Part shown: piece after piece, positions 61,145-64,000 of the stretch
How positions within the stretch are numbered: position 1 is the stretch's first letter
Layout of the letters: every line of letters begins with the position of its first letter
Assembly (NCBI GenBank): GCA_964016885.1
Contig: OZ024743.1
Location: 85,064,001-85,128,000 of the forward strand
Direction of reading: 5' to 3'
Source: Eledone cirrhosa
Lineage: Eukaryota
Length of the DNA: 64,000 bases
Program-made: the position numbers and the translations under genes
The notes under the pieces: generated by a model
The model's input: only the letters and a program-made list of their open reading frames with translations
The model's database searches: none
Told to the model about the DNA's origin: nothing

Positions 61145-62466
61145 TGCATGAAGACCATCCTCAATAACCATAGAACAGCTGAGGAGAAATGGGCCATTGA
61201 GAAAATCAAACTCAACCCCAAAGTGTTCTTTTCATTTTCGAAAAAACACAAGGTCACTGTCTCCACTGTTGGCCCTCAAATTGATGAAAATGGCACTCTC
61301 CAAGATAATGCCAAAATCATGGGTGAGATACTGCAGAAACAATACTGCTTTGTTTTCAGCAATCCTGATATGGCCCATTTGGGCTGTATCAGTGATGTTA
61401 ATCCCCAACACACTATATCGGACATAACGTTTGGCGCTCCTAATATCTTAGAGGCAATAAATGAAATTAAACACAATTTAGCAGTAGGCCCCGATAGGTT
61501 CTCTGCTTGTGTCATCATCTACATTAATGACATTACTGACATCATCAAGCACAGCAACATAAGAATCTTTGCAGATGATTCCAAGCTCCAGAAGGTCATC
61601 AATGAAGTGGGTGACCGGATGTGCCTTCAGTCAGACCTACTGGCTGTTATCCAATGGGCAGAAACGAACAATATGCAACTGAACGAGGATAAATCTGACT
61701 TAATTCACTTTGGAAAAGAGGATGCCCTGAAACTCCCATACTCCCTTCAGGTGAAACTCTCGTGGCATCCAACATTAGAGACTTGGAAGTAATTGTGTGC
61801 AACAACATAAGCTGGGCCACTCATATAAACAGCAAAGTTGACATGGCCCACAGAATGTGTCCCTGGATTCTCAGAACTTTCCAGTTGAGAAATATCTACA
61901 CTATTATACTTCTCTTCTCCACCCCACCTTGAATACTGTTGTCCACTGTGGTCTCATGAAAGTTGAAGCACCCCAAAGGTCAATTACAAAAAAGATAGAT
62001 GGCATGACAGGCCTTGACTATTGGAGACGATTAGAAAAGCTCAACCTTTATCCTCTCCAACGTCGCCGTGAGCGCTACATCATCTGCATGATGTGGAAAA
62101 TATTCCATCAGCATTGCCCAAATGATGTTAGCATCACTTTTAAGGTACACCCAAGGCTTGGGCCCTGTGCACAACAAAAATCACACTCGCATCTCATAAC
62201 AACAATACGGAACAATTATTTCACCTCGATTGGCCCCACTCTCTTTAATATTACACCAAAACACATTAAAACAGAAACAGACCCCATAATGTTGAAGATG
62301 TCTTTGGACAAATTCCACCAAGAAATCCCGGATATGTCTCCGTAAACAATAACTCTCTACTTGAGTTAGCCATGGTGTCCAAATCCTGATTTGAATGACT
62401 TCGCCAGGTAGTGCTATAAAGTTAGACATGGCCTGGGCCAATACGGGCTAAAGCCAATCAAAGTTA
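61145..62466 (+). mobile_element. CR1-group LINE 3' part, same family as 39-42 kb, RT core deleted
   Basis: IEKIKLNPKVFFSF...GPDRFSACV joined directly to IIYINDI...FADDSKL; 3' end homologous to 39056-39130. Confidence 0.9.
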
Positions 62467-62478
62467 TATATATATATA

Positions 62479-62801
62479 TATTGTTATACTTTGGGAGAGT
62501 CATGTTGCCAATAAGAAACACACGCACCAGTTGCTTTCACTTTAATTTATTATAAATTAAATTATAAATTTAGGAATTTATAAATTTCCGGTTGGTTGGT
62601 TGGTTCAATATGAACAATCGTCTGGTTGTGGAACCAACCAACCAACCGGAAATTTATAAATTCCTAAATTTATAATAAATTGAAGTGAAAGCAACTGGTG
62701 CGTGTGTTTCTTATTGGCAACATGACCGTCCCAAAGTATAACAATATCGGTTTCAACACACGTTTTCAGATAAAGAATCTTGCTAAACAAATTCAGAAAC
62801 G

Positions 62802-62805
<4 letters not shown>
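62479..62805. mobile_element. Short inverted pair of PLE pLTR 3' halves (family A), no ribozyme core
   Basis: 62479-62606 (-) and ~62610-62805 (+) match the pLTR downstream of the predicted cleavage site. Confidence 0.88.
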
Positions 62806-62858
<53 letters not shown>

Positions 62859-62888
62859 TATGTGTGTATATATATATATATTTATATA

Positions 62889-63775
62889 AAATATAAAGAT
62901 TTACATGTACACAAACTAGACAAAGTCATAGATATATATGTTTTTGGCAACCATTCACGATGTGGCTCAATGATGAATTAATAAATTAAATAATCAGAGC
63001 AATATACTATAAATTATGTCCATAGAATCATTTGATAAGATATATACACTATTTCCTCTCCCAATCAGCATAATCAACCACACAAAAAACCAAGCTATAA
63101 GATTAAAAGGCACCTATGAAGACATAATAGATAAATAAACGACAGCCATATGGTTGCCAAAAACATATCTATGACTGTATAGTTTATGTATATGTAAATC
63201 TTTATATTGATAATCTCCCATAAGGTTGAGATGCAATTTAGGCAATATTAGGCTGCGCTTTCTAGGAACCAGCCCACTCGCCGTAAGGCACCAATCACAT
63301 TCTTTCTGACTTGACCACTGCCGCGTCACAGTTCTTAGCCATTTTGAATTCGTTTCTGGCGGGGATCATTTAAGAAAAATCTTCGTCCAAGTGAGTTTGT
63401 TTCCTGATGATTTCAAAGCTCGGAAATTTATCCTTGATCAGATATTTCCAAAAGCGAATGAAACCCTAAAGAGTAGAAACGTAATCCTGGTATGTTTATA
63501 TGCATTTTTTCTTCTAACTTTAATTTTATACCTAATTGTGTATGGTTGACGATATATTTAATCGATTTCCATGTGCTATCGAAATGGTGGGTAAATATTC
63601 TATAGCTGTTGATCGCGAATAGATGGCTGTCGTTTATTTATCTATTATTTCTTCATAGGTGCCTTTTAATCTTATAGCCTGGTTTAATTGGTTTGTTGTG
63701 TGGTTGATTATGCTGATTGGGAGAGGAAATAGTGTATATATCTTATCAAATGATTCTATGGACATAATTTATAGT
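62889..63775 (+). mobile_element. Diverged family D hammerhead unit with inverted, permuted fragment
   Basis: 63150-63775 is homologous to the reverse complement of ~20274-20875; 62889-63149 is inverted and reads across the unit junction; HHR at 63399-63480. Confidence 0.8.
63399..63480 (+). ncRNA. Type I hammerhead ribozyme (family D variant)
   Basis: GUUUC CUGAUGA UUUC-[GGAAAU/AUUUCC distal helix]-GAAU GAAA CCCUAAAGAG UA|GAAAC. Confidence 0.78.
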
Positions 63776-63794
63776 GTATATATATATATATACA

Positions 63795-63864
<70 letters not shown>

Positions 63865-64000
63865 GAAAAATAAAAGTTACGGGCGAAAGAGAGGAATATC
63901 CATTGTCAGTTGTCTGCTAGGAATCATAGGTATTTCTTCACGTTAGAGACAAGATACCTCAGCCTAGGGCGAACAATAACTAAAATAAGTTATTGGGATA

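Overview
This is AT-rich eukaryotic DNA made almost entirely of repeats. The SINE and LINE families resemble those of octopod cephalopods (inference). No host protein-coding gene is supported. The window holds a 44-bp minisatellite, a nested hAT-like/SINE/LTR/Tx1 block, two tRNA-Leu pseudogenes, Gypsy, RTE and CR1 remnants, and GTTAGT-rich arrays. It also holds a full-length Penelope-like element (PLE, 1228-aa RT + GIY-YIG ORF) and two Naiad-type PLE fragments, mostly embedded in (TA)n/(TATATG)n tracts. The main signal missed by the ORF track is a dense set of type I hammerhead ribozyme (HHR) motifs in five unrelated repeat families. Three families are PLE pseudo-LTRs. Two are non-coding head-to-tail units (~656 bp and ~413-443 bp) that look like retrozyme-type mobile RNAs, and one of them shows compensatory changes between diverged copies. 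A ~610-bp bipartite RTE-derived element that keeps a C2H2 finger occurs three times. All calls were made by eye, with no database search or folding software, and boundaries are approximate. The many YIYI/CVCV ORFs are microsatellite artefacts.
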